A stretch of DNA of 34,218 nucleotides from Gemmatimonadales bacterium (GTDB lineage: Bacteria > Gemmatimonadota > Gemmatimonadetes > Gemmatimonadales > GWC2-71-9). Positions 8,213 through 16,031 of this stretch are shown here, one piece after another. The notes beneath the pieces were generated by a model that was not told where the DNA came from, did no database searches, and saw only the letters and a program-made list of their open reading frames with translations. Within the stretch, counting starts at the first letter, position 1. Each line of letters begins with the position of its first letter. The position numbers and the translations under genes were made by a program. The stretch lies in contig JACCRH010000346.1 of assembly GCA_013813675.1 (NCBI GenBank), positions 1 through 34,218 on the forward strand, read 5' to 3'.

Positions 8213-8965
8213 CTATCCCGGCGATGGGCCTCGCGTTCTGCCAATCGGCGCGGCCGCCTCGGCATCGAGCCGCTCCCGGATTCGGCGCACCAGGAGCGAG
8301 TCGACCCAGCCCTCCCGCCCGCCCCGGCAGGCCGCGCCCCGCACCCCCACCACGTCGGCGATATCGCGGAGGTGACCAAGCGAGGTAAGATCCAGACTTC
8401 CCGCGGCCGCGAACAGCAAGCCGGCCGAACGGGCGCCTGCCGAGAGGCTGCTCAGCCGATCAAGGGAGAGCCAGTCGAGCAGGCTCCTACCATCCTTCAG
8501 GCAGGTGTCGACCAGAAAGGCGCGCGCGCCGGCCGTGATGGCCAGGTGAAGCAGATCCTCCGGCAGCGGCGAGTGCCCACTCCCATGATCGGCGTAGGCG
8601 ACCGGCACCACGATGTGATCGGCTCCGAGAGGTGCGGCCGTCTCCAGCGCCGCGGCCAGGATCGAGGCCAGGACGAAGTCGGACCGCTGACCCGCGAACC
8701 CCAGCTTCAAGTAGATGGGAGCGCCGCGTCCGGGTAGTCTCACCCTAGCCAGAGCTCGCCGTACCGCGACGGGCGAAGTGAAGTCGCCCAGTGCCACGCT
8801 GAACGGCACCGCGGCCGGCACCCGCCCCGAAATCGCCCGCATCGCCTCCGGCGAGACCGCCCCGAGCGAGCCGTGGGCCGGCTCTTTGGCGTCGATGATA
8901 TCGGCGCCTCCGCCCAGCGCAGGTCCCACCTCGCCCACGGCACGCACGCTCACCAGCAACTGCAT
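8213..8965 (-). CDS. mfnB: (5-formylfuran-3-yl)methyl phosphate synthase (DUF556), methanofuran/methylofuran biosynthesis
   Basis: MQLLVSVRAVGEVGPALGGGADIIDAKEPAHGSLGAV matches the MfnB N-terminal signature (LLVSVR..E...A..GGADIID.K.P..GSLGA). It is followed by a TIM-barrel-like pattern. Confidence 0.8.
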   Translation of the reverse strand: MQLLVSVRAVGEVGPALGGGADIIDAKEPAHGSLGAVSPEAMRAISGRVPAAVPFSVALGDFTSPVAVRRALARVRLPGRGAPIYLKLGFAGQRSDFVLASILAAALETAAPLGADHIVVPVAYADHGSGHSPLPEDLLHLAITAGARAFLVDTCLKDGRSLLDWLSLDRLSSLSAGARSAGLLFAAAGSLDLTSLGHLRDIADVVGVRGAACRGGREGWVDSLLVRRIRERLDAEAAAPIGRTRGPSPG

Positions 8966-8997
8966 CGGGCTCCCTTGTGAGATGCTAACACCCTGAT

Positions 8998-9762
8998 ATG
9001 TTAGGATTTATGAAGTTAAACGGAAAGACCGTCGTCGTGACCGGCGGGTCCAGCGGAATCGGGCGGGCCATCGCCCTGCGGTGCGCCGGTGCCGGAGCCG
9101 ACGTCCTCATTTCCTATCGCCGTAACCGCCAGGGCGCCGACCAGGCCGCGGGTGAAATCGCCGCCACCGGTCGGCGGGTCGAGGTTCTCCAGGCCAACCT
9201 CGCGCGGGAGGAAGACATCACCGCGCTGGCGCGAGAAGCCCGGTCGAGGCTCGGCCGGGTCGACGTATGGATCAACAACGCGGGCGCCGATATCCTGACC
9301 GGCAACGGTGGGCGGCTCACCCCGCTGGAGAAGCTCGACCTGCTGCTCGCGGTGGACGTGCGCGGCACCGTCCTGGCCTCGTGGGCCGCGGCAGGGCTGA
9401 TGCGCCAGCAGGACGGGACCGGCGTGATCATCAACATGTCCTGGGACCACGTCGATCTCGGGATGGCCGGCGAGAACCCGGTGCTCTACTCGGCGGCCAA
9501 AGGCGCGGTGATGAGCTTCAGCAGGTCGTTCGCGCGTGAGGTGGCGCCCCACATCCGGGTCAACATCCTCGCGCCGGGGTTCATCGAGACGGCCTTCGGA
9601 GAGGATGCGGACAGCCGCTTCCGCGACGAGGTGGTGGAGCTCACACCGCTCAAGCGGTGGGGAACGCCGGATGACGTCGCGGCGGCCGCTCTGTTCCTCG
9701 CCTCGGACGAAGCGACGTTCATCACCGGACAGATGATCATGGTGAACGGAGGGGTGGTGTAA
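8998..9762 (+). CDS. Short-chain dehydrogenase/reductase (FabG-like SDR), possibly a pterin or cofactor-side-chain reductase
   Basis: It has TGGSSGIGRAIA (TGxxxGxG), NNAG and YSAAKGAV (YxxxK). The start could be ATG 8998 or ATG 9010. Confidence 0.85.
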   Translation: MLGFMKLNGKTVVVTGGSSGIGRAIALRCAGAGADVLISYRRNRQGADQAAGEIAATGRRVEVLQANLAREEDITALAREARSRLGRVDVWINNAGADILTGNGGRLTPLEKLDLLLAVDVRGTVLASWAAAGLMRQQDGTGVIINMSWDHVDLGMAGENPVLYSAAKGAVMSFSRSFAREVAPHIRVNILAPGFIETAFGEDADSRFRDEVVELTPLKRWGTPDDVAAAALFLASDEATFITGQMIMVNGGVV

Positions 9763-9823
9763 TGCGGAACATTCGTCATCCCGCGCTCGGCGCGGGATGA
9801 TGCCACGAACTGGAGGAGATGCC

Positions 9824-10186
9824 ATGCCTGCAACCAAAGAGCGCACCTACAACGAGTCCGAGATCGCGGAAAAGCTGAAGGAGCTTTCCGGCTGGTATTT
9901 CGAGGATGGCTGGATCCGGCGGATATACAAGACCGACGGATGGCCCACCACCCTGATGCTGGTGAACGCCGTCGGGTATATGGCCGAGGCAGCCTACCAT
10001 CATCCGGACCTCACGGTGACCTGGGGCCGGATCACCGTCAAACTACAGAACCACGCCGCCGGCGGGATCACCGACAAGGACTTCGAGCTGGCTCGCAAGA
10101 TCGAGGAGGTCGCCCTCTGGCGACCCCAGGGTGGCGCCCTGGAAGGCACGCCGAACAAGTGGGTGCGGCCGGGGGATCCGAGGTAG
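9824..10186 (+). CDS. Pterin-4a-carbinolamine dehydratase (PCD/DCoH family)
   Basis: GGAGGAG at 9812-9818 lies 5 nt before ATG 9824. It carries GWPTTLMLVNAVGYMAEAAYHHPDLTVTWGRITVKL, which holds the family HHPD motif. Confidence 0.85.
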   Translation: MPATKERTYNESEIAEKLKELSGWYFEDGWIRRIYKTDGWPTTLMLVNAVGYMAEAAYHHPDLTVTWGRITVKLQNHAAGGITDKDFELARKIEEVALWRPQGGALEGTPNKWVRPGDPR

Positions 10187-10188
10187 GT

Positions 10189-10287
10189 CGGAACGGCGGA
10201 ACGGCGGTACGGCGGAACGTGAGTGCTCCGGCGCGGAACTCCGACCCGGAGCGCGACCGCCGTACCGCCGTACCGCCGTTCCGCCGG
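10189..10287. repeat. Long intergenic hairpin built from CGGAACGG/CGGTACGG octamer repeats
   Basis: 10195-10215 (GGCGGAACGGCGGTACGGCGG) is the perfect reverse complement of 10265-10285. The 49-nt loop holds an inner 7-bp hairpin, GCTCCGG 10225-10231 paired with CCGGAGC 10246-10252. The structure fills the whole gap between the TAG at 10186 and the GTG at 10288. Confidence 0.85.
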
Positions 10288-11682
10288 GTGCTTTTCGTCT
10301 CCGGCAAACTCGCCGAGCCCGCGCTCCGGCGGGTATTGGAAGAGATGCAGCCGTCGTTCGAGGCTCCGGTGGCGGTCATGAAGATCACGGTCGCGGCGCT
10401 GATGACGACGCCGTGGATCGCCCGGTTCCTGGAGGTCCCGCCCGACACCGATCTCGTCCTCATCCCCGGTCTCTGTGAGGGGGACGTCGAGATCCTCCGG
10501 AAGCGCTTCGGAGTGCGGGTGGAGAAAGGTCCCAAGGACCTCCGGGAGATCCCCCGGTACTTCGGCCAGGCCGCCGCCGCGGCCGAATACGGCGCCTACC
10601 GCATCGAGATTCTCGCCGAGATCAACAATGCTCCCAAGCTGTCGCTCGAGGCGATCGTGGCCGCCGCCGGCTATTTCCGCTCGAGCGGCGCCGACCTCAT
10701 TGACGTCGGCTGTACCCCCGGCCTCCCCTTCCCCGGACTGGGAGACGCGGTGCGGGCGCTCCGAAGCGCCGGCATGCGGGTCAGCATCGACAGCTTCGAT
10801 CCCTCCGAGATCCGCGCCGCGGTCGAGGCAGGCGCCGAGATGGTGCTCAGCGTCAACCGGTCCAACCTCGAGGTGGCGCGGGAGCTGAAAGGCACCGACG
10901 CCACGGCGGTGGTGATCCCCGACCAGGGGGAGGGAATCGACACCCTCGGTCCGAGCATCGAGGCGCTGGAGGCGTGGGGCGTTCCCTACCTTCTGGATCC
11001 GATCATCGAGCCGATCGGCTTCGGCTTCATGGCCTCGCTGGAGCGATACGCCGAAGTGCACCGGCGCTATCCTGAGGCGGGACAGCTCATGGGGATCGGC
11101 AACATCACCGAGCTGACCAGCGCCGACAGCACCGGCGTGAACGCCGTCCTGGTGGCCATCTGTGAGGAGCTGGGCGTGCGCGCCGTGCTCACGACCGAAG
11201 TCATTCCCTGGGCCCGGGGTGCGGTGCGGGAGATCGACATCGCCCGGCGGTTGATGCACCACGCGATCAGCCGCGGCACCCTTCCCAAGGGCGTCGACGA
11301 CCGGCTGGTGACGGTCAAGGATCCCGCGATCCTGGAATACGACGAGGCCGAGCTGCGGCGACTCCACGAGGCGGTCACCGACCCCAACTTCCGGATCTTC
11401 GCCGACCGGACCACGATCACGGTCTTCAACCACTCGCTCTTCGTTCGAGGTGACGACATCCAGGAGATCTTCTCGCGGCTGGGGGTGGAGGAGGCGGCCC
11501 ACGCCTTCTATCTGGGGCGGGAGCTGATGAAGGCCAAGCTCGCGGTCACCCTGGGAAAGACCTACCGCCAGGAGGGCGCGCTTGCCTGGGGATACCTGAC
11601 GCCGCCGGACGACGTGAAGTCGGAGCAGGTGAAGCTCACCGCACGAAAGCGGGGGCGCGGCGGCGCGCGCAGGGACCCATGA
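10288..11682 (+). CDS. Dihydropteroate-synthase-like pterin-binding protein with an N-terminal extra domain (H4MPT biosynthesis, MptH-like)
   Basis: This is in-frame GTG 10288 of track ORF 9940..11682. The N-terminus is VLFVSGKLAEPALRRVLEE. The pterin-binding barrel pattern includes GADLIDVGCTPG, VSIDSF and ILAEINN. The start is uncertain, since GTG 10219 is also in frame. Confidence 0.8.
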   Translation: MLFVSGKLAEPALRRVLEEMQPSFEAPVAVMKITVAALMTTPWIARFLEVPPDTDLVLIPGLCEGDVEILRKRFGVRVEKGPKDLREIPRYFGQAAAAAEYGAYRIEILAEINNAPKLSLEAIVAAAGYFRSSGADLIDVGCTPGLPFPGLGDAVRALRSAGMRVSIDSFDPSEIRAAVEAGAEMVLSVNRSNLEVARELKGTDATAVVIPDQGEGIDTLGPSIEALEAWGVPYLLDPIIEPIGFGFMASLERYAEVHRRYPEAGQLMGIGNITELTSADSTGVNAVLVAICEELGVRAVLTTEVIPWARGAVREIDIARRLMHHAISRGTLPKGVDDRLVTVKDPAILEYDEAELRRLHEAVTDPNFRIFADRTTITVFNHSLFVRGDDIQEIFSRLGVEEAAHAFYLGRELMKAKLAVTLGKTYRQEGALAWGYLTPPDDVKSEQVKLTARKRGRGGARRDP

Positions 11683-13163
11683 GCGGCCTTGTTCCGCTGG
11701 TGCAGGACCTTGACGGATTTCCCGACCCGGCGGAGCTGGCGGCGCGATTCCTAGATTCGCCCTACCTGCTGTTTCTCGACAGCGCCGCCGGCACCGGGTT
11801 CTCCTATCTCGCCGCCGACCCGGCCATCGTGGTGCGCAGCAAGGGCAAGGTCACCGAGGTCATGCAGGGCGACGCCTGGCGGATGGCGGAGGGGGACGCC
11901 CTCGATGTGATCCGCGGGATGTTGCAGGACGCGCGCGTCGATCCGGCGCCCGGGCTGCCCCCGTTCCAGGGAGGCGCCGCGGGATACATCGGATACGACT
12001 ACGGTGCCGTGCTCGAGCGGGTCCCGCCAACCCGCCACGACGATCTCGCGCTGCACGACGTGCTCCTGGGCTTCTACGACTGGGTGATCGCCTGGGACCA
12101 CCGCCAGGAGAGGGCGTGGATCGTCTCGCTCGGGTTGCCGGCGTGCGGCTCGGAGCGGGAGGGCCGGGCGCGGGAGCGGATGGAGGTGGTGGCGGCCCGG
12201 GCAACGAGGCGGTTGGACAGCGCGGAAACATCATCCCGAGCGACCGCGAGGGATGACGCTTCCCCACAGCGCCGCCGACCCACCGCCGCGCCGTCCTACC
12301 CGGTCACCTCCACCGATGCCGCGGTCGCGATCGGGCTCCGATCCACCTTCACTCACCGGGGGTATCTCGACGCGGTGGCCAAGGTGCGGGAGTACATCGT
12401 CGCGGGCGACATCTTCCAGGCCAACCTTTCTCAGCGCTTTCAGGCGCCGCTCGGGGAGCCGCCGTTCGAGCTGTACCGCCGGCTGCGGCAGCGCAATCCG
12501 GCGCCGTTCGCCGCCTATCTCGGATTCGGGGATGTGGTGGTGCTGAGCGTCTCCCCGGAGCGGTTCCTCCGGCTCGATCACGAACGCCAGGTGGAGACCC
12601 GCCCGATCAAGGGCACTCGCCCGAGGGGGCTGGTGCCGATGCACGACGCGGCGCTGGGACGGGCGCTGGCGGAGAGCGAGAAGGATCGCGCCGAGAACGT
12701 CATGATCGTCGATTTGTTGCGCAACGACCTGAGCCGGGTGTGCCGGCCGGGAACGGTGCGGGTTCCCGAGCTGTTTGCCCTGGAGCAGCATCCGACAGTC
12801 CACCATCTGGTCTCCACGGTGGTGGGCGAGCTGGAGCCGGCTGCCGACGCCGTGGACCTGGTGCGGGCCGCGTTCCCCGGGGGCTCGATCACCGGCGCCC
12901 CGAAGGTTCGGGCGATGGAGATCATCGCCGAGCTGGAGCCCACACGGCGAGGGGTGTACTGCGGCGCGATCGGCTACCTCAGCGCCACCGGCGCGATGGA
13001 CAGCAGCATCGTGATCCGCACCTTCGTGGCCACCGGCGGCGAACTATACTTTCAGGCCGGCGGCGGGATCGTGGCGGACTCCGATCCGGAGCTCGAGTAC
13101 CGCGAGACGATGGACAAGGCGCGAGCCCTCATCGAAGTCTTGAAGGGCGCGGCGGACTCATGA
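11679..13163 (+). CDS. pabB: Aminodeoxychorismate synthase component I
   Basis: Chorismate-binding motifs are present (FQANLSQRF, SPERFL, IKGTRPRG, FPGGSITGAPKVRAMEII, GVYCGAIGY). There are ATGA overlaps at both ends (11679-11682 and 13160-13163). Confidence 0.85.
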   Translation: MSGLVPLVQDLDGFPDPAELAARFLDSPYLLFLDSAAGTGFSYLAADPAIVVRSKGKVTEVMQGDAWRMAEGDALDVIRGMLQDARVDPAPGLPPFQGGAAGYIGYDYGAVLERVPPTRHDDLALHDVLLGFYDWVIAWDHRQERAWIVSLGLPACGSEREGRARERMEVVAARATRRLDSAETSSRATARDDASPQRRRPTAAPSYPVTSTDAAVAIGLRSTFTHRGYLDAVAKVREYIVAGDIFQANLSQRFQAPLGEPPFELYRRLRQRNPAPFAAYLGFGDVVVLSVSPERFLRLDHERQVETRPIKGTRPRGLVPMHDAALGRALAESEKDRAENVMIVDLLRNDLSRVCRPGTVRVPELFALEQHPTVHHLVSTVVGELEPAADAVDLVRAAFPGGSITGAPKVRAMEIIAELEPTRRGVYCGAIGYLSATGAMDSSIVIRTFVATGGELYFQAGGGIVADSDPELEYRETMDKARALIEVLKGAADS

Positions 13164-13834
13164 TCCTGCTGATCGACAACTACGACTCCTTCGTCTACAA
13201 TCTCGCGCGCTACGTCCGGGAGCTGGGCGAGGTTCCGGTGGTCCGGCGGAACGATGCCATAGCGGTGGAGGAGATCCTCGGCCTGGCGCCGAGCCACGTG
13301 ATCATCTCGCCGGGACCCTGCTCACCGGCGGAGGCGGGCATCTCCACCGAGCTGGTCCGCCGAGTGGGGCCCGCCATCCCGATCCTCGGCGTGTGCCTCG
13401 GCCATCAGTGTATCGGCGCCGCCTACGGCGGGGAGATCGTGCGCGCGACCCGACCGATGCATGGCAAGACCTCCCGCATCCACCACCGCGACAGCGATCT
13501 CTTCACCGGTCTGCCCAACCCGTTTCTCGCCTCCCGCTACCACTCACTGGTCATCTCTCCCGCCTCGGTACCCCAGGAGCTGGAGGTTACCGCGACCTCG
13601 GAGGACGGTGAGATCATGGCGGTAAAGCATGCCACCCATCCGGTCTACGGAGTCCAGTTCCATCCGGAGTCGGTGCTGACCGAGCACGGCTACCGGATGC
13701 TCGACCACTTCCTGCACGGGGTGCCCTCGATGCCGCGCGAGCTGCCTCCGGCCGCCGACCACGCCCTCGTCGCCCGCCCCCGCGAGAGCGCCTCTCTCGC
13801 CGCCGATCCGCCGCCGGTGGACCTGGTACGGTGA
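13160..13834 (+). CDS. pabA: Aminodeoxychorismate/anthranilate synthase glutamine amidotransferase component II
   Basis: Internal ATG 13160 of track ORF 12740..13834 gives MILLIDNYDSFVYNL. It also has GVCLGHQ (catalytic Cys) and QFHPES. Confidence 0.85.
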   Translation: MILLIDNYDSFVYNLARYVRELGEVPVVRRNDAIAVEEILGLAPSHVIISPGPCSPAEAGISTELVRRVGPAIPILGVCLGHQCIGAAYGGEIVRATRPMHGKTSRIHHRDSDLFTGLPNPFLASRYHSLVISPASVPQELEVTATSEDGEIMAVKHATHPVYGVQFHPESVLTEHGYRMLDHFLHGVPSMPRELPPAADHALVARPRESASLAADPPPVDLVR

Positions 13835-14376
13835 TCATTGAGACGCTGGTGACGTCGCTGGCACCGGACGGGACGGTCAACTTCGCGCCGATGGGCGTGG
13901 AGTGGGACGAGGACTCGCTGGTGCTCAAGCCCTTCCTGGCCACGACCACCTTCCGGAACGTGAGCGCCAGCGGCGCCGCGGTCGTCAACCTCACCGACGA
14001 CGTGATGCTCTTCGCCCAGGCCGCGATCTCGAGCCCGCGGTTTCCTTCGTTCCCCGCGGAGCTGGTGCGCGGAGTGGTGCTGGAGGCCGCCTGCTCGTGG
14101 CGGGAGCTGGAGGTGGTGCGGGTAGACGATACGCCCCCGCGGTCGCGGATCGACACCCGGGTGGTGCACCGAGGCCGGCGGCGGGAATTCCTCGGCTTCA
14201 ACCGCGCGCGCCACGCGGTGCTCGAAGCCGCGATCCTGGCCACCCGGACGCACCTGATCCCGGCGGACCAGGTCCGGGAGGAATTCGCCAAGCTTCAGGT
14301 GATCGTGGACAAGACGGCCGGCCCCCGCGAGCAACAGGCGATGGCGATGCTCACCGAGCATGTCGCTCGCCGGTAG
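13831..14376 (+). CDS. DUF447-family (split-barrel flavin-binding-like) protein, H4MPT-cluster type
   Basis: The GTG start overlaps the pabA stop (GTGA 13831-13834). MIIETLVTSLAPDGTVNFAPMGV fits the DUF447 N-terminus. Context supports the call. Confidence 0.7.
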   Translation: MIIETLVTSLAPDGTVNFAPMGVEWDEDSLVLKPFLATTTFRNVSASGAAVVNLTDDVMLFAQAAISSPRFPSFPAELVRGVVLEAACSWRELEVVRVDDTPPRSRIDTRVVHRGRRREFLGFNRARHAVLEAAILATRTHLIPADQVREEFAKLQVIVDKTAGPREQQAMAMLTEHVARR

Positions 14377-15340
14377 CGTCTTCGTTGAGACGGGCGCCCG
14401 CCTCCACTTCGGGGTGCTGGATCTGCGCGGCGCGCTGGGCCGCCGATTCGGCGGACTGGGCGCCGCGATTCCGTCGCCGTCGCTGCTCCTCGAGGTCGCT
14501 CGCTCGGAGGATGGGGTCTCCGCGGAAGGTCCGGACTCGGCGCGGGCGGCCGAGTTCGCGCGCCGCTTTCTGACCTTTCACGGCCTGGAAGGGGGAGCGC
14601 GCCTGGTGCTTCACCGGCGGATTCCGGCGCACAGCGGCCTCGGCTCGGGCACGCAACTCGGCCTGTCGGTGGCGCGGGGACTGGCCGAGGTGTACCACCT
14701 GCCGGCCGAGCCCGCCGGGCTGGCCCGGGCGGTGTCCCGAGGGCAGCGATCGGCCATCGGAACCTGGGCCTTTGCCCTCGGCGGATTTATCGTCGAGGGG
14801 GGACGCCGCCCCGGCGACGACGGCATCGCTCCGCTGATCGGCCGGTTCCCCCTGCCGGAGCGATGGCGCTACGTCGTCGCGGTGCCTCCCGGCCGTCCGG
14901 GGCTGAGCGGCGAGGCGGAGGCCGCGGCCTTCGAGCAGCTCCCACCGCCGGCGCCGGGCGAGGTGGAGCGGGTGTCTCACCTGGTGCTGATGCAACTCCT
15001 TCCCGCGCTCGTCGAGGCCGACCTCGCCGGGTTCGGCGAGGCGCTCTCGGCGGTCCAGCGGATCACCGGGGCGTGGTTCGCACCGCAGCAGGGGGGCGTG
15101 TTCGCTCCCGGCACCGGGGAGACGTTGATTCGGCGGATGGCCGGCTGGGGGGCTGCCGGCGTGGGACAGAGCTCCTGGGGGCCGGCGGTGTACGGCTTGA
15201 TCGATGGGGTGGAGGCGGGGCGCAAACTGGCCGAACGGTGCCGGGAATTCCTCGAGGGAAAAGGGCTGGTGTTCGAGGGCGGATTCGCCCGAGCCGGGGC
15301 CCGGGTGGCGAGGGGCGGACCCCCGGCCGGCAATGATTGA
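14360..15340 (+). CDS. mptG: Beta-ribofuranosylaminobenzene 5'-phosphate (RFAP) synthase, GHMP-kinase fold
   Basis: ARLHFGVLDL, the GHMP motif IPAHSGLGSGTQLGLSVA, and GQSSWGPAVYGL are present. It overlaps the previous gene by 17 nt. Confidence 0.8.
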   Translation: MSLAGSVFVETGARLHFGVLDLRGALGRRFGGLGAAIPSPSLLLEVARSEDGVSAEGPDSARAAEFARRFLTFHGLEGGARLVLHRRIPAHSGLGSGTQLGLSVARGLAEVYHLPAEPAGLARAVSRGQRSAIGTWAFALGGFIVEGGRRPGDDGIAPLIGRFPLPERWRYVVAVPPGRPGLSGEAEAAAFEQLPPPAPGEVERVSHLVLMQLLPALVEADLAGFGEALSAVQRITGAWFAPQQGGVFAPGTGETLIRRMAGWGAAGVGQSSWGPAVYGLIDGVEAGRKLAERCREFLEGKGLVFEGGFARAGARVARGGPPAGND

Positions 15341-15365
15341 CAGTTCATTTTTCAGGCTGTATACT
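15337..15365 (+). promoter_or_regulatory. Near-consensus sigma70-type promoter
   Basis: TTGACA (15337-15342), a 17-nt AT-richer spacer, then TATACT (15360-15365). The -35 hexamer overlaps the mptG stop codon. No convincing CDS follows for about 660 nt. Confidence 0.5.
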
Positions 15366-15989
15366 GGCCCACCTAAGCCTCCCGTACTCGGCGACTTGGC
15401 CGGTTCCGAAAGCGGGTTTGGCGCGAGCCGATCGTCTCGTCGCCACTCGGCATTACCCAGGAGCCGGATGCAGTTCCAGCGGCATCACGAGAGGCAGCCG
15501 CCTCCCCCGACTGCAGTCCATTTCTGACACATCGTGGTTCAGCGGCGTCGCTGAGGAATATGATGGGCGTATTCCCGTTGGCGGACACCTTGAGTTTCTT
15601 CTCGAATCCTTCGCCGTCCCGCGGGGGCCCGGCTCACGCGCCGGCCGGCGGACGGACCGACAAGGTCTGGTGGTGCTGCCATCAACCGACGAACCCGCAG
15701 CGTACCGCCGCCGCAGCGCACCCCCCAACCCACTACATTGCGTATCCACCGCATCCACGCGGTACCCGGGCCCCGGCCGGCATCTGGCGTGCTGATGGCC
15801 GGCCGGTACATCCGGCGAGCCTCGACCGCTCGTATATCAGATCGGACCGCGGGATGGGCGCCGAGCGCGGACCGCTGTCCGCCAGGTCCTGCCTGCCGGG
15901 ACTCCCCCGACCCAACCGGCACGCATGCGGCACCCGAGCCCGGTCGCCGCTTCCGCAGTCCTCGGGTTCGCAGCAAGTGGACTCCGATT

Positions 15990-16008
15990 GCAGTAGAAGC
16001 AGTAGAAT
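15990..16008 (+). promoter_or_regulatory. Perfect tandem 9-mer (GCAGTAGAA x2) with a TAGAAT -10-like hexamer just upstream of xoxF
   Basis: GCAGTAGAA occurs at 15990-15998 and again at 15999-16007. TAGAAT lies at 16003-16008, 24 nt before the xoxF ATG. No good -35 hexamer sits at 17-nt spacing. Confidence 0.3.
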
Positions 16009-16031
16009 CACCCTTCATCCTGAGGTCAGTT

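Noticed and set aside
9940-10287. Upstream extension of the DHPS-like ORF (track ORF 9940..11682)
   Set aside because: It overlaps the PCD gene out of frame and then reads through the octamer-repeat hairpin. It has no protein-like features.
15372-15530. Possible cobalamin or Moco riboswitch (GCCACTC, CCCAGGAGCCGG and GCCTCCCG strings)
   Set aside because: The matches to the B12 box (GCCACTG...) and to Moco-motif cores are only partial. I could not assemble the expected surrounding conserved helices. The region is kept only as an unclassified candidate RNA.
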